The position numbers and the translations under genes are program-made. From Alphaproteobacteria bacterium (GTDB lineage: Bacteria > Pseudomonadota > Alphaproteobacteria > UBA2966): a stretch of 64,000 nt of DNA. The stretch is from assembly GCA_964291395.2 (NCBI GenBank), contig OZ219858.1:960001-1024000 (forward strand), in the 5' to 3' direction. Position 1 is the first letter of the stretch, and each line of letters starts with the position of its first letter. Shown here in pieces: positions 9,276 to 20,695 of the stretch. The notes under the pieces were generated by a model that saw only the letters and a list, made by a program, of their open reading frames with translations, did not search any database and was not told where the DNA came from.

Positions 9276-11339
9276 TCAGCGCAGCGCCGCCTCGATATTT
9301 CCGCCGTCCACCGTCAACACCGCTGCCGTCGTCTTGCGGGAAAGGGCGAGGTCGACGAAGGCTTTGGCGACGTCCTCCGCCTTGACTTCGCGTTTCAGGA
9401 GATTCCCGCTCCCGAGGTACTGCTCCACCGTGAGGCCGCGCGCCGCGGCCCGTTCCTCGAGCAATCCGCCTTTGAAGAGCCGGGTGTGAACGCGGTCGGC
9501 GTTCACGACGTTGGAGCGGATTCCCTGCTCGCCGTACTCGAGGGCGTATTGCCGGGCGAGAGAGAGCGTTGCCGCCTTGGGGAGGCCGTAGGGCCCGAAG
9601 TCCCTTCCCGGATTCACCGCTTGTTTGGAGGCATTGAACAACAGTACGCCACCCGTTCCCTGGGCGGCCATCACACGAACGGCGTTCTGGGCCACCGTCT
9701 GGTGAGCGAAAAAGTTGAGCTCGAAGCTCTGCCTCAGAATACGGTTGGAGACGTTCCCGATCCGCCCCTGCCACGCCGCGCCCGCGTTGGACACCACGAT
9801 GTCGAGACCGCCGAACAGCCGGCAGATTCTATCGAAGGCGCGGCGCACCGAGCGGCGATCGGTGACATCGCATGTGATCCCGATGGCGCTTTCACCGATG
9901 GCCCTGGCGACGGCTTCCGCGGATGACCCATCCCGGTCGAGGACCGCGACGGCGGCACCGTGCGCCGCGAACTCTCTGGCGGTCGCCGCCCCGATCCCGG
10001 AACCGCCCCCCGTGACCAGCGCGACCTGCCGCGAAAAGGGCGGTTCCGCCCCCTTTCCGAGCTTTGCCTGCTCCAGAGACCAGTACTCGATATCGAAGAC
10101 GTCGGCCTCGCCCACCGGCTGATAGCGGCCGATCGCTTCGGCATCGGTGATAACCTCGATGGTGTTCTCCGCGATGTCGGCCGCGATGCCCGCATCGCTC
10201 ACCGACTTGCCGGCGCCGAACAGGCCGAGCCCGGGGACGAGGACCACGCGCGGATAAGGGTCGAGTTCGACCTTGGCCGGCTCCCGCATACCATTGTGAC
10301 GCCCGAAGTAGGCATGATAGCGCCGCACGTACCGCGCAACCCGTTTCCTCGTTTCCCGCTTGAAGGCCGTGAGATCGCCCGACGTGGGCACCGGCACGAC
10401 CAGGGGCCAATTCTTCGTGCGGATTGCGTGATCGGGTGTCACCACCCCGACTTGGCTGTAACGAGCAAGATCCTCTCCATCGACGTAGGTCCGGATGCGC
10501 TTGTCCGTGCGGAAGTCGAGGATGGTGCGGCGCCACTCCGCCTCCACACCGTTCACCGGCTCGGCGAGGAGACCGCGGATGATGGGACCGACTTCGGAGG
10601 CCCGCGCGACTCGGGGCGGTACGCGTGATGGCTTGAACCGCTCGCGGCGGTCCCGGCGAAGGCGGGCTTCCGCCAGCGACACCAGATCGATCATTCGCTC
10701 ATAGGCCTCGCGCGCGGTGTCTCCGAACGTGAAAATTCCGTGTTTGAGAAGGATCAGACCTTCGACGCCAGCGTTCGCGTCGTGGATCCCGGCCGCCGTT
10801 CTGGCCAGGGCGAAGCCGGGCATGACGTAGGGCACGAGCGCGACGCGTCCGCCGAATACCTCGCGGCAGAGCGCGGCGCCGTCGGGTTGGTCGGTCACCG
10901 CGAGCACGGCGGTCGAATGGGTATGATCGACGTACTTGTGCGGCAGGAACGCGTGCAGCAGCGTCTCCACCGACGGGCTGGGCGACGTCGAGTCGAGGAG
11001 GCACCCGCGCTGGAAATTGACCATCTCCTCGTCGGAAAGCGAGTCGAGATGCCGCAACCTGAGCAGTTCGGCGATCCGCAGCGCGGGAAGGCCGCGGGGC
11101 TCGATGCCTCCCATGTCCCAACCGCTACCCTTGACGCACAACACGTCGACGCGCTCGCCGAGAGAATCCCGCATGGTCGTCTTGACCGACGTATTGCCCC
11201 CGCCGTGCAGTACGAGCGCGGGGTCCCGTCCGAGCAGGCGCGTCGTATACACGCGCAGCGCCAGATCCCGGTTCACCCCTCTGCGCTTGTACGCCCGGAC
11301 CAGTCGTTCGGCCTCTCGAGAGCGCCATCGGCTCTTCAT
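9276..11339 (-). CDS. Bifunctional class II aldolase / short-chain dehydrogenase
   Basis: N-domain HGGGNTSVK, PSVETLLH, VDHTH, LLKHG (metal-binding His set); C-domain VTGGGSGIG, NAG, YGLPK (YxxxK). Confidence 0.92.
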   Translation of the reverse strand: MKSRWRSREAERLVRAYKRRGVNRDLALRVYTTRLLGRDPALVLHGGGNTSVKTTMRDSLGERVDVLCVKGSGWDMGGIEPRGLPALRIAELLRLRHLDSLSDEEMVNFQRGCLLDSTSPSPSVETLLHAFLPHKYVDHTHSTAVLAVTDQPDGAALCREVFGGRVALVPYVMPGFALARTAAGIHDANAGVEGLILLKHGIFTFGDTAREAYERMIDLVSLAEARLRRDRRERFKPSRVPPRVARASEVGPIIRGLLAEPVNGVEAEWRRTILDFRTDKRIRTYVDGEDLARYSQVGVVTPDHAIRTKNWPLVVPVPTSGDLTAFKRETRKRVARYVRRYHAYFGRHNGMREPAKVELDPYPRVVLVPGLGLFGAGKSVSDAGIAADIAENTIEVITDAEAIGRYQPVGEADVFDIEYWSLEQAKLGKGAEPPFSRQVALVTGGGSGIGAATAREFAAHGAAVAVLDRDGSSAEAVARAIGESAIGITCDVTDRRSVRRAFDRICRLFGGLDIVVSNAGAAWQGRIGNVSNRILRQSFELNFFAHQTVAQNAVRVMAAQGTGGVLLFNASKQAVNPGRDFGPYGLPKAATLSLARQYALEYGEQGIRSNVVNADRVHTRLFKGGLLEERAAARGLTVEQYLGSGNLLKREVKAEDVAKAFVDLALSRKTTAAVLTVDGGNIEAALR

Positions 11340-11352
11340 GCGCGCGCGTCCC

Positions 11353-12459
11353 TCAGGCGGCGGGCTTCGCCCGCTCGGGGTACAGCGACGCCAGCCCCTC
11401 GACCGATGCGTCGCAGATGCCCCGTTCGGTAATCAGCGCGGTCACGAGGTGCGAAGGCGTGACGTCAAAGGCGAAGTTCGCGGCGGCGCTGCCGTCGGGC
11501 GTGAGCTGAACGGTCGTGACCTCGCCCGACCGGGTCCTGCCTGAAATCTCCGTGACCTCGCTGCCGTCGCGCTCCTCGATGGGTATGTCGCGCACGCCGT
11601 CGCGAATGGTCCAGTCGATGGTGGAATGCGGCAAACCGACGTAGAAGGGTACGCCGTTGTCACGCGCGGCCAGGGCCTTCAGGTAGGTCCCGATCTTGTT
11701 GCACACATCGCCCGAGGCGGTGGTGCGGTCCGTCCCGGTCATGCATAGATCGACGCGGCCGCGCTGCATGAGGTGGCCGCCGGCGTTGTCGACGATGACC
11801 GTATGCGGCACACCGTGATGAGCCAGTTCCCACGCCGTGAGACCGGCGCCCTGGTTGCGGGGGCGCGTCTCTCCGACCCAGACGTGGATTGGAATTCCGC
11901 CGTCGTGTGCTTTGTAGATGGGCGCGGTGGCGGTGCCCCAGTCGACGGTGGCAAGCCAGCCGGCGTTGCAATGCGTGAGAATCTCGACAGGCCTGGACCG
12001 GCCGGTCGCATCCCAGACCTCGCGAATGAGAGAGAGCCCGTGGTCGCCGATGGCCGCACAGGTGGCCACGTCGTCATCGCTGATGTCGGCGGCCTTGGCG
12101 TAAGCGGCATCCAGCCTGTTTCCGACGGTGAGCGTGCTCACCGCCGTTTTCATCTCGTCGAGCGCCCAGCGCAAATTGACGGCTGTCGGGCGCGTGGCCA
12201 GCAACGTTTCGCAGGCCTGGGCCAGGGATGCATCGGACGGATCCTCGGTCAGGGCCAGACAGACGCCATAGGCAGCCGTCGCGCCGATCAGGGGCGCCCC
12301 CCGCACGCGCATGGCCTTTATGGCTTCGGCGGCCTCCGCGACGGTGCTCAGCGTGCGTGTGACGAATTCGTGCGGCAGAAGGGTCTGGTCGATGATGTGG
12401 ACGCTCCGCCCGTCGTCCCCGACCCAAATAGTGCGGTATGGCGTGCCGTCGACGTTCAT
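11353..12459 (-). CDS. mtnA: S-methyl-5-thioribose-1-phosphate isomerase
   Basis: IDQTLLPH, MRVRGAPLIG, RPTAVNL, LTHCNAGWLATVDWGTA, ETRPRNQG, NKIGTY, NFAFDVTP. Confidence 0.96.
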   Translation of the reverse strand: MNVDGTPYRTIWVGDDGRSVHIIDQTLLPHEFVTRTLSTVAEAAEAIKAMRVRGAPLIGATAAYGVCLALTEDPSDASLAQACETLLATRPTAVNLRWALDEMKTAVSTLTVGNRLDAAYAKAADISDDDVATCAAIGDHGLSLIREVWDATGRSRPVEILTHCNAGWLATVDWGTATAPIYKAHDGGIPIHVWVGETRPRNQGAGLTAWELAHHGVPHTVIVDNAGGHLMQRGRVDLCMTGTDRTTASGDVCNKIGTYLKALAARDNGVPFYVGLPHSTIDWTIRDGVRDIPIEERDGSEVTEISGRTRSGEVTTVQLTPDGSAAANFAFDVTPSHLVTALITERGICDASVEGLASLYPERAKPAA

Positions 12460-12480
12460 GCGATGAGGCCCGGTTGCTTC

Positions 12481-13008
12481 TCATTCCCCTTCGAACGTGC
12501 AGAGCGTAAGAACCTTGAGCCCCATGTCTTCGATTCGTCTACGGCCACCCAGGTCCGGCAGATCGATGACGAACGAGCAGCCGACAACGTCGGCGCCTGC
12601 CTGCCGGATGAGCTTGATCGCTGCCTCCGCCGTTCCGCCGGTCGCGATCAGGTCGTCGACAAGCAGTACGTGGGAGTTCGGCTCGAGAGCGTCCCGGTGA
12701 ATCTCTACCCTGTCCGTACCGTATTCCAGTTCGTAATCCTCGCCGATGGTCTCCCAGGGGAGCTTGTCCTTCTTGCGCACGGGTACGAAGCCGACCGAGA
12801 GCTGATGGGCCACCGCGCCGCCGAGGATGAATCCGCGCGCCTCGATGCCGGCGACGGCGTCGATGCGGACGCCCGCATGGGGTTGGACCAGTTCATCGAC
12901 GGCCTTGCGGAAACCGAACGGATCCTGCAGCAGGGTCGTGATGTCCCGAAACATCACGCCTTCCTTCGGATGGTTCGGAATGGTGCGGATGAGTGACTTG
13001 TAGGGCAT
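12481..13008 (-). CDS. apt: Adenine phosphoribosyltransferase
   Basis: [31 protein letters not shown]. Confidence 0.97.
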   Translation of the reverse strand: MPYKSLIRTIPNHPKEGVMFRDITTLLQDPFGFRKAVDELVQPHAGVRIDAVAGIEARGFILGGAVAHQLSVGFVPVRKKDKLPWETIGEDYELEYGTDRVEIHRDALEPNSHVLLVDDLIATGGTAEAAIKLIRQAGADVVGCSFVIDLPDLGGRRRIEDMGLKVLTLCTFEGE

Positions 13009-13035
13009 CCGGGCGTTCCATGACCTCGGGCACGA

Positions 13036-13926
<891 letters not shown>

Positions 13927-14081
13927 GTCCTTGATACCCCCATTGCCAGATGCGGCAAGCGGGGCTCAACGGTTCATCCGTCCCCGGAACCGACGCAGGG
14001 GAATCGGTGCCGGACCCCGCATTTACCGATTGTCCGACACCGATTCTCCTGCCGCCGAATGCTTCGGAGTACGGGCGTCGG

Positions 14082-14870
14082 CTAGTGGACGTCTCTCCAG
14101 ACTTTACGCTTGACCATGTAGAGGAGCACGGTCATCAGCACCAGAAAGACCATCACCTTGATGCCCATCCGCTTGCGTGCCTCCATGTCGGGCTCGGCCG
14201 CCCAGGTCAGGAACGTCGTGACGTCCCGCGCCATCTGGTCGACGGACGCCTTCGTGCCGTCCGCATATTCGACACCGTCCTCGAGCAGGGGCGGCGGCAT
14301 GGCGATCTGGCCGCCGCTGAAGTAGGGGTTGTAGTCCATCCCCTCGCCCAATTCGACGTCAGCGGGCGGGTCCGCGTAGCCCGTCAGCAGCGAATAAACG
14401 TAATCCTCGCCACCGGCGCGGGCCTTGACGATCAGCGACAGGTCCGGCGGCAGTGAGCCGTTGTTGGCCGCTCTCGCCGCATTGTCATTGGCGAAAGGCG
14501 CCGGAATGAAGTCGGAGAGAACGGCCGGCCGCTCGAACATCTCGCCTTCCTCGTCGGGGCCGCCCATGACCTCGTACTGGGCGGCGATGGCCTTGGCCTG
14601 CACCTCGTCAAAGCCGATGGACCGCAGATTGCGGAAGGCGAAGTACTTGAGCGAATGACATGCCGAGCAGACTTCCTGGTAGACCTGGAAGCCCCTCTGG
14701 AGCTCGCCCCGGTCATAGGTGCCGAACGGTCCCTGGAACGAGAAACCGGGCGACTTCGGTGCCTCGACATCTCCCGCTGCCATCGAGGGTCCGGCCGTCA
14801 GGAGCGCCACGCAGGCGGCGGCCACGGCGAGCGTCGGCCGCACGAAGGTCACGGGGCGTCGACCGGTCAT
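14082..14870 (-). CDS. petC: Cytochrome c1
   Basis: Signal peptide, [28 protein letters not shown]-terminal TM helix; ATGA overlap with petB. Confidence 0.97.
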   Translation of the reverse strand: MTGRRPVTFVRPTLAVAAACVALLTAGPSMAAGDVEAPKSPGFSFQGPFGTYDRGELQRGFQVYQEVCSACHSLKYFAFRNLRSIGFDEVQAKAIAAQYEVMGGPDEEGEMFERPAVLSDFIPAPFANDNAARAANNGSLPPDLSLIVKARAGGEDYVYSLLTGYADPPADVELGEGMDYNPYFSGGQIAMPPPLLEDGVEYADGTKASVDQMARDVTTFLTWAAEPDMEARKRMGIKVMVFLVLMTVLLYMVKRKVWRDVH

Positions 14871-16117
14871 GGCGCGCCCTCCTTCGCCGTATCCGCCCCG
14901 CCTCCTTTGTCGAGGACCGATGTGGCGATGGAATCGGGCAACTGCCGTGGCGTCTCGAACCAGCCGACGAACGGCATGATGATGATGAAATGCAGGAAGT
15001 AGTATGCCGTCGCCAGCTGGCCGATCAGGATGAAGTAGCCCTCGGGAGGATTGGCGCCGACCCACCCGAGAATCAGGATGTCGGCCACCAGGATCCAGTA
15101 GAACTGCTTGTAGATGGGACGGAACGTCGCCGACCGCACCCGGGACGTGTCGAGCCACGGGATCAGGAACAACACACCGATGGCCGCCCCCATTACGACG
15201 ATACCTCCGAGCTTGTCCGGTATGGCCCGCAATATCGCGTAGTACGGCAACAGGTACCATTCGGGCACGATGTGCGGCGGCGTCTGCAGCGGATTGGCGG
15301 GAATATAATTGTCTGGATGCCCTAGGTAGTTCGGGTTGTAGAACACCCAGTAGGCGAAAATGATCAGGAACAGGCCCAGGCCGAACAGGTCCTTCACCGT
15401 GTAGTACGGATGGAAGGGGAGGGTGTCCTGCGGACCCTTCACGTCGATGCCCGTGGGGTTGTTGGATCCGTGCGTGTGCAACGCCCAGATGTGGACGATG
15501 ACCACGCCGGCGATGACGAAGGGCAGGAGGTAGTGAAGGCTGTAGAAGCGCTGCAACGTCGGGCTGTCGACCGCGAAGCCGCCCCACAGCCAGGTCACGA
15601 TGGGCTCACCGATCAGGGGGATGGCCGAGAACAGGTTGGTGATCACGGTGGCGGCCCAGAAGCTCATCTGGCCCCAAGGCAAGACGTAGCCCATGAAGGC
15701 CGACGCCATCATGAGCAGCATGATCGCAAGTCCGATCCACCACAGGAGTTCGCGCGGGTATTTGTAGGAACCGTAGTACAGGCCGCGGAAGACGTGGATG
15801 TAGACTACGAGGAAGAACATCGAGGCGCCGTTGGCGTGGATGTAGCGAATCAGCCAGCCGTAATTGACGTTGCGCATGATGTGTTCGACGGAATCGAACG
15901 CCATGTCCCCGTGCGGCACATAGTGCATGGCGAGCACGATGCCCGTCACGATCTGGATGACGAGTGCGACTCCCGCCAGGGAACCCATGTTCCACAGGTA
16001 GTTCAGGTTCTTCGGAGCGGGATAGCCCGAGCCGACGGTATGATCGAGCCAACTGAAAATCGGCAGCCGATATTCGATCCACTGAACGATCCGGTTGCCG
16101 GAACCGGGAGAACTCAT
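14867..16117 (-). CDS. petB: Cytochrome b
   Basis: ATG at 16117; [22 protein letters not shown]. Confidence 0.98.
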   Translation of the reverse strand: MSSPGSGNRIVQWIEYRLPIFSWLDHTVGSGYPAPKNLNYLWNMGSLAGVALVIQIVTGIVLAMHYVPHGDMAFDSVEHIMRNVNYGWLIRYIHANGASMFFLVVYIHVFRGLYYGSYKYPRELLWWIGLAIMLLMMASAFMGYVLPWGQMSFWAATVITNLFSAIPLIGEPIVTWLWGGFAVDSPTLQRFYSLHYLLPFVIAGVVIVHIWALHTHGSNNPTGIDVKGPQDTLPFHPYYTVKDLFGLGLFLIIFAYWVFYNPNYLGHPDNYIPANPLQTPPHIVPEWYLLPYYAILRAIPDKLGGIVVMGAAIGVLFLIPWLDTSRVRSATFRPIYKQFYWILVADILILGWVGANPPEGYFILIGQLATAYYFLHFIIIMPFVGWFETPRQLPDSIATSVLDKGGGADTAKEGAP

Positions 16118-16127
16118 ATGGGGCTCC

Positions 16128-16676
16128 CTAGCCGATTTTGATGGTGGTGTCGGAGAGGAATTCGTATGGCGGGACCATAAGGTTCTCAGGAGCCGGTCCC
16201 TTCCTGATTCGGCCCGACGTATCGTAATGCGAGCCGTGACATGGGCAGAACCAGCCGCCGAAATCGCCTTGTGGATCGGTGGCCTTCTGGCCCAGCGGCA
16301 CGCACCCGAGATGGGTACAGACACCGACCATTATCAGCCATTTGTCCTGCTGGACCCGATCCTCGTCAGCCTGCGGGTCTCGCAGGTCTTCGACAATCAC
16401 GTTGCGCGCCGCCTCGATCTCGGTGGCCGTGCGATGGCGAATGAAAACGGGTTTGCCCCGCCATAGGACCGTGATGGCCTGACCCTCCTTGACGGGAGAC
16501 AGGTCCACCTCCGTCGAGGCGAGGGCCAACACGTCGGAAGAGGGATTCATTTGGTCGATGAGGGGCCATACCGCTAGCGCGGTTCCGATACCGCCGAAGG
16601 CTCCCGTTGCGATGTAAAGGAAATCGCGGCGGCTCGCATCGTCTCCGTGTCCGCCGCCGGACGTTGTCGTCGACAT
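16128..16676 (-). CDS. petA: Rieske iron-sulfur subunit of the bc1 complex
   Basis: SRRDFL Tat motif, CTHLGC, CPCHGS. Confidence 0.98.
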   Translation of the reverse strand: MSTTTSGGGHGDDASRRDFLYIATGAFGGIGTALAVWPLIDQMNPSSDVLALASTEVDLSPVKEGQAITVLWRGKPVFIRHRTATEIEAARNVIVEDLRDPQADEDRVQQDKWLIMVGVCTHLGCVPLGQKATDPQGDFGGWFCPCHGSHYDTSGRIRKGPAPENLMVPPYEFLSDTTIKIG

Positions 16677-16802
16677 ATGACCAAACCTGCCAATTCGTGC
16701 GAAATGCGCGCCCTTTGTCTCAAAAATCCTCCGCCTTGTCCAGAGCGTGCAAGGTGTCGATTTCCAGGTTCGGACTCCGGCGAATCGGATACAGTTGGAG
16801 AC

Positions 16803-17042
16803 ATGCGTCTCGCCGTCTTCGAACCCGACATGCCCCGGAGCTTGGATGCCACGGCGCGTCTCGGCGCCCGTCCGGATATTCCGCTCGACGCCGTCGGCCC
16901 GTGCGGTTTTCCCATCTCGGTGGCGGCGCGCTCGCTCGACGTCGTCGTGGCCGTCGGCATGGCCTCGGGGGGAGCATTGCGTCAGACGGGCGGGTTCGCG
17001 CGGCGCGAGGAATTCCCTGGTCTGGAAAAGACGACGCCATGA
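16803..17042 (+). pseudogene. trmL: Internally deleted, decayed tRNA (cytidine/uridine-34 2'-O)-methyltransferase TrmL
   Basis: 79-aa frame joins a TrmL N-terminus ([14 protein letters not shown]...GPCGFP) directly to a TrmL C-terminus ([16 protein letters not shown]); GGAG RBS; expected position between petA and hemF. Confidence 0.8.
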
Positions 17043-17893
17043 CGCTCCCGACCGAAGATCGACGGAATCACGCCGCCAACTGGTTTCGTCAGTTGCGGGA
17101 TGACATCTGCGCGGATTTCGAGAGACTGGAGGACGTCTATGGCGGACCGTTGTCCGACCGGCCGGCTGGCCGGTTCGAGCGGCGGGAGTGGTCGCGCGGC
17201 GGGGATGGCGGCGGCGGCGTGATGTCGATCATGCGCGGCCGCGTCTTCGAAAAGGTTGGCGTCAACGTCTCGACCGTGCACGGCGAGTTCTCGGAGGAGT
17301 TCCGCGACAGCATCCCGGGGGCCGAGGAGGACCCGCGATTTTGGGCGGCCGGCATATCGCTGGTGGCGCACATGCAGTCTCCTCACGTGCCGGCGGTGCA
17401 TATGAATACCCGGCACATCGTGACCACGAGAGCATGGTTCGGCGGCGGCGCCGACCTCACGCCGGCGGTTCCCAACGACACGGATGCGCGGGAATTTCAT
17501 GCCGAACTGAAGAAGGCCTGTGATTTCCATGATCCCACCTACTATCCGAGCTTCAAGCAGGCCTGCGACGAGTACTTTCATCTGACCCATCGCGACGAAC
17601 CCCGAGGGGTGGGCGGTATTTTCTTCGACTATCACGACACCGGCGACTGGATGACGGATTTCGCCTTCACCCGGGACGTCGGTCTCGCCGTCAGCGAGGT
17701 CTTTCCGCGCATCGTGCGCCGTCATATGAACAAGACCTGGACCAGGGAGGAACGCGAGCATCTGCTCGTCCGCCGCGGACGCTATGTCGAATTCAACCTG
17801 TTGTACGACCGCGGCACTCAGTTCGGTCTGAAAACGGGCGGCAACGTCGAGGCGATTCTGATGTCGCTGCCGCCCGAGGTGAAATGGCCGTGA
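17039..17893 (+). CDS. hemF: Oxygen-dependent coproporphyrinogen III oxidase
   Basis: [55 protein letters not shown]. Confidence 0.97.
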   Translation: MTLPTEDRRNHAANWFRQLRDDICADFERLEDVYGGPLSDRPAGRFERREWSRGGDGGGGVMSIMRGRVFEKVGVNVSTVHGEFSEEFRDSIPGAEEDPRFWAAGISLVAHMQSPHVPAVHMNTRHIVTTRAWFGGGADLTPAVPNDTDAREFHAELKKACDFHDPTYYPSFKQACDEYFHLTHRDEPRGVGGIFFDYHDTGDWMTDFAFTRDVGLAVSEVFPRIVRRHMNKTWTREEREHLLVRRGRYVEFNLLYDRGTQFGLKTGGNVEAILMSLPPEVKWP

Positions 17894-17957
17894 GCGCGTC
17901 AGCCAGGGCGGAAGCCGAGCTGGAATTGTCGGGGGAGACGGCTCAGGGGCGCAGGGC

Positions 17958-19127
17958 ATGACCGGACTCACATACGAAGACTCGCCCGTCGCGGTCCGGG
18001 AGGGGCTGGCCATCGCGCACCGGCACGCTTGGCGGCGACTTGCCGCACCCGGGACGTGGTGGAGCGGGCCGACGCGGGTGGCGGTCGCCGCCGAGGTGCG
18101 GAATGCTGCGGCCTGCGGGCTGTGCCGGCGGCGCAAGGAAGCTCTGTCGCCCTATACGCTCGGCGGAGTCCACGACAGCCTGGGATCGCTGCCCGAAAGC
18201 CACGTCGACGTGATCCACCGGATCGTCACCGACCCGGGGCGGCTCAGCAAGACCTGGCTGGACGACGTTCTGGCGAGCTGCCTGAGCGACGCCGAGTATG
18301 TCGAGACCGTCGGCGTCATCGTCAATGTCATGGCGATCGACCAGTTTCGCCGCGGCATCGGCATGGCGCCCGCGCCGCTGCCCGAGTCTCTTCCCGGCGA
18401 GCCCATGCGGGTGCGTCCCCGGGGCGCCAAGCCCGGCGCCGCCTGGGTGCCGCTGCTGGCGCCGGAAGATGTCACCGAGGCGGAGGCCGACCTCTACCCC
18501 GACGTGCCCTTGATCACCTACGTGCAGCGGGCGCTGAGCCTCGTACCCGAGGAGGCCCGTGCCTACAACGCCATCGGCTGCGAGCAGTACACGCCGACGG
18601 GCGCGAGCTGGGACTTCGAGAGCCGGATGCGCGAGATCAGCTACCAGCAGATCGAGCTCGTCGCCTCGAAGGTCTCGGTCCTCAACGGATGCTTCTACTG
18701 AACGGCCGGCCATTCGGCGAGGCTCCGTGAGAGCCTGAGGCGTGACGGCCGGGACAGCGACCTTCAGATCCTCGTGGACGTGTCGTCGGACGACGGGGCG
18801 GTGCCGCACGCGGCTCTGCTCGTCCGCTTCACCGAGGCCTTGATCACCGGTGACGGCGCGGCGCTGGATGCCGCCCGCGAAGAGATCGTCGAGAGGATGG
18901 GGGCAGGCGCCCTGGTCGATGCCGCGGGCGTCGCGGGCGCATTCGAGGGCTTCACCCGCATCGCCGACGCCATCGGCATTCCGACGGAAACGGTCAAGGT
19001 CGAGATGACGGAGGACTTCCGGGCCGGACTCGGCGCCGATTCGTTCACCGGCGCGCGGAACGTCGGCGACGCGCCGCTGCGCGCGGACGCCGAGGCGGCC
19101 TATTGGGGCACCGCGCGGGTGAAGTAA
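17958..19127 (+). CDS. AhpD/carboxymuconolactone-decarboxylase-like selenoprotein (389 aa; Sec at TGA 18699-18701)
   Basis: ORFs 17958-18701 and 18774-19127 are in the same frame with only one stop between them; readthrough gives VLNGCFY-U-TAGH, the AhpD CxxCxxxH motif; SECIS-like hairpin follows. Confidence 0.85.
18706..18752 (+). promoter_or_regulatory. Putative bacterial SECIS element
   Basis: Upper stem AGGCTC (18720-25) / GAGCCT (18731-36) with loop CGTGA starting 25 nt after the UGA; lower stem CCGGCC (18706-11) / GGCCGG (18747-52). Confidence 0.75.
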
Positions 19128-19191
19128 GGCATCCGTGTGCGGCCTGGATTCTCGGGACCGTGTGTCCACCCCCTCCGGTGAAGTCAGGCGC

Positions 19192-19857
19192 CTACAGCGT
19201 GATTTCACGGCGGTCGTAGGCGCGTCGCCACTTGCCGTCGAAATCCTCGTCGAAGACGAATGCCTCGTCCGTGGTCGCGGTGACCCAGGCCTCGCGGTCA
19301 AGCTCGGATTCGAGCTGCCCCGGCGACCAACCGGCATAGCCGAGCGCCAGGATGCTCTTGCGCGGCCCCTCTCCCCTGGCCAGGGCGCGCACGAGATCGG
19401 CGTCCTCGCCCGGCGTCATGGCGAACACGTCGTCGACCAAGACCGTGTGCTGGCCGACGTAGTCCGGGGTGTGCAGGACGAAGCCGCGCCCGAAATCGAC
19501 GGGTCCGCCAAAATGGATGCGGATGGTGCGGCCGCTCGACTCGATCGGCGGCTCCCCCTCGAGCCGCAGCTTGCTGACGGGCTCCACGCCCAGCACCTTG
19601 TTGATGATCAGGCCGAAGGCGCCCTGCTCGTCATGTGCGACCATGTAGATCACGGACTCCTCGAAACGCGGATCCGACATGTCCGGTGCCGCGATCAGCA
19701 GCTGGCCGGTCAGGAACTTGGGGTGAGGCGCGCTCCTCGGGTCCTGGTCGGCCGACGCCAGAGGCGGAATTGCTGGCGCGAGGAGGCAGACGGCGCCGGC
19801 GACCGTGCCGGCGATCACCGCACTCCGCACTCCCGTCCGTGGTCCAACCCGTGCCAT
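19192..19857 (-). CDS. YqgE/AlgH family protein with a signal-peptide-like N-terminus
   Basis: GQLLIAAPDMSDPRFEESVI, GAFGLIIN, GGPV, GFVLH, LGYAGWSPGQLESE. Confidence 0.9.
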   Translation of the reverse strand: MARVGPRTGVRSAVIAGTVAGAVCLLAPAIPPLASADQDPRSAPHPKFLTGQLLIAAPDMSDPRFEESVIYMVAHDEQGAFGLIINKVLGVEPVSKLRLEGEPPIESSGRTIRIHFGGPVDFGRGFVLHTPDYVGQHTVLVDDVFAMTPGEDADLVRALARGEGPRKSILALGYAGWSPGQLESELDREAWVTATTDEAFVFDEDFDGKWRRAYDRREITL

Positions 19858-19950
19858 GCTAGAAGAACCGTGCCAAATCACGACCCCATCGATCCGCGTT
19901 GCGCGCCTCTTCCCGGACGCTTCGCCAAGTTTACCGCGACTCGGCGCGAC

Positions 19951-20685
19951 GTGCGCGTCGCCGTGCCGACGGCGGTCGCCGCCTGCATGATCCTCGCGCT
20001 CGTGGCCGGCAACGTCCTGGCGGATGCCTACGATGCCGCGCGCAACGACCTGCTCGAGCAGATTCAGCGGGACGCGGCGGATACCGGCGGGTTGACGGGA
20101 CGACGGGGCTTCTCGCCGGAGACCATGGCGGCGCTCCGCCGCGTTCCGCGCCACGAGTTCGTGCGCAAGGAACACCTGTCGCTTGCCTACGCGAACCGTC
20201 CGCTGCCGATCGGATACGGGCAGACGATCTCTCAGCCCTACATCGTCGCCCTGATGACCGATCTGCTCGATCTCTCTCGCGACCAGCGGCTGCTGGAGGT
20301 CGGTACCGGGTCGGGCTACCAGGCGGCCGTGGCCGCGGAGGTCGCCGGGCACGTCTACACCGTCGAGATCATCGGGGCGCTGGCGGACCAGGCCCGGGAC
20401 AGGTTGAAGGATCTCGGCGTCGCGAACGTGACCGTACGCCGGGCCGACGGTTATCACGGCTGGCCCCGCCACGCGCCGTTCGACGCCATCATCGTGACGG
20501 CTGCCGCCGACCACATCCCGCCTCCGCTGGTGCGGCAGCTCAGGCCGGGCGGGCGCATGGTCATTCCGGTGGGTCCGCGTTTCCTCACCCAACAGCTCGT
20601 GCTGATCGAGAAAGCGCACGACGGCCGCGTCACGGCACGCCAGTTGCTGCCCGTCCGATTCGTGCCGCTGACCCGCAAACCGTGA
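19951..20685 (+). CDS. pcm: Protein-L-isoaspartate O-methyltransferase with a signal-peptide-like N-terminus
   Basis: VPRHEFV, AYANRPLPIGYGQTISQPYIVA, LEVGTGSGYQAA, APFDAIIVTAA, VRFVPL; start is GTG 19951 or ATG 19987. Confidence 0.92.
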   Translation: MRVAVPTAVAACMILALVAGNVLADAYDAARNDLLEQIQRDAADTGGLTGRRGFSPETMAALRRVPRHEFVRKEHLSLAYANRPLPIGYGQTISQPYIVALMTDLLDLSRDQRLLEVGTGSGYQAAVAAEVAGHVYTVEIIGALADQARDRLKDLGVANVTVRRADGYHGWPRHAPFDAIIVTAAADHIPPPLVRQLRPGGRMVIPVGPRFLTQQLVLIEKAHDGRVTARQLLPVRFVPLTRKP

Positions 20686-20695
20686 TCCGCACCCG

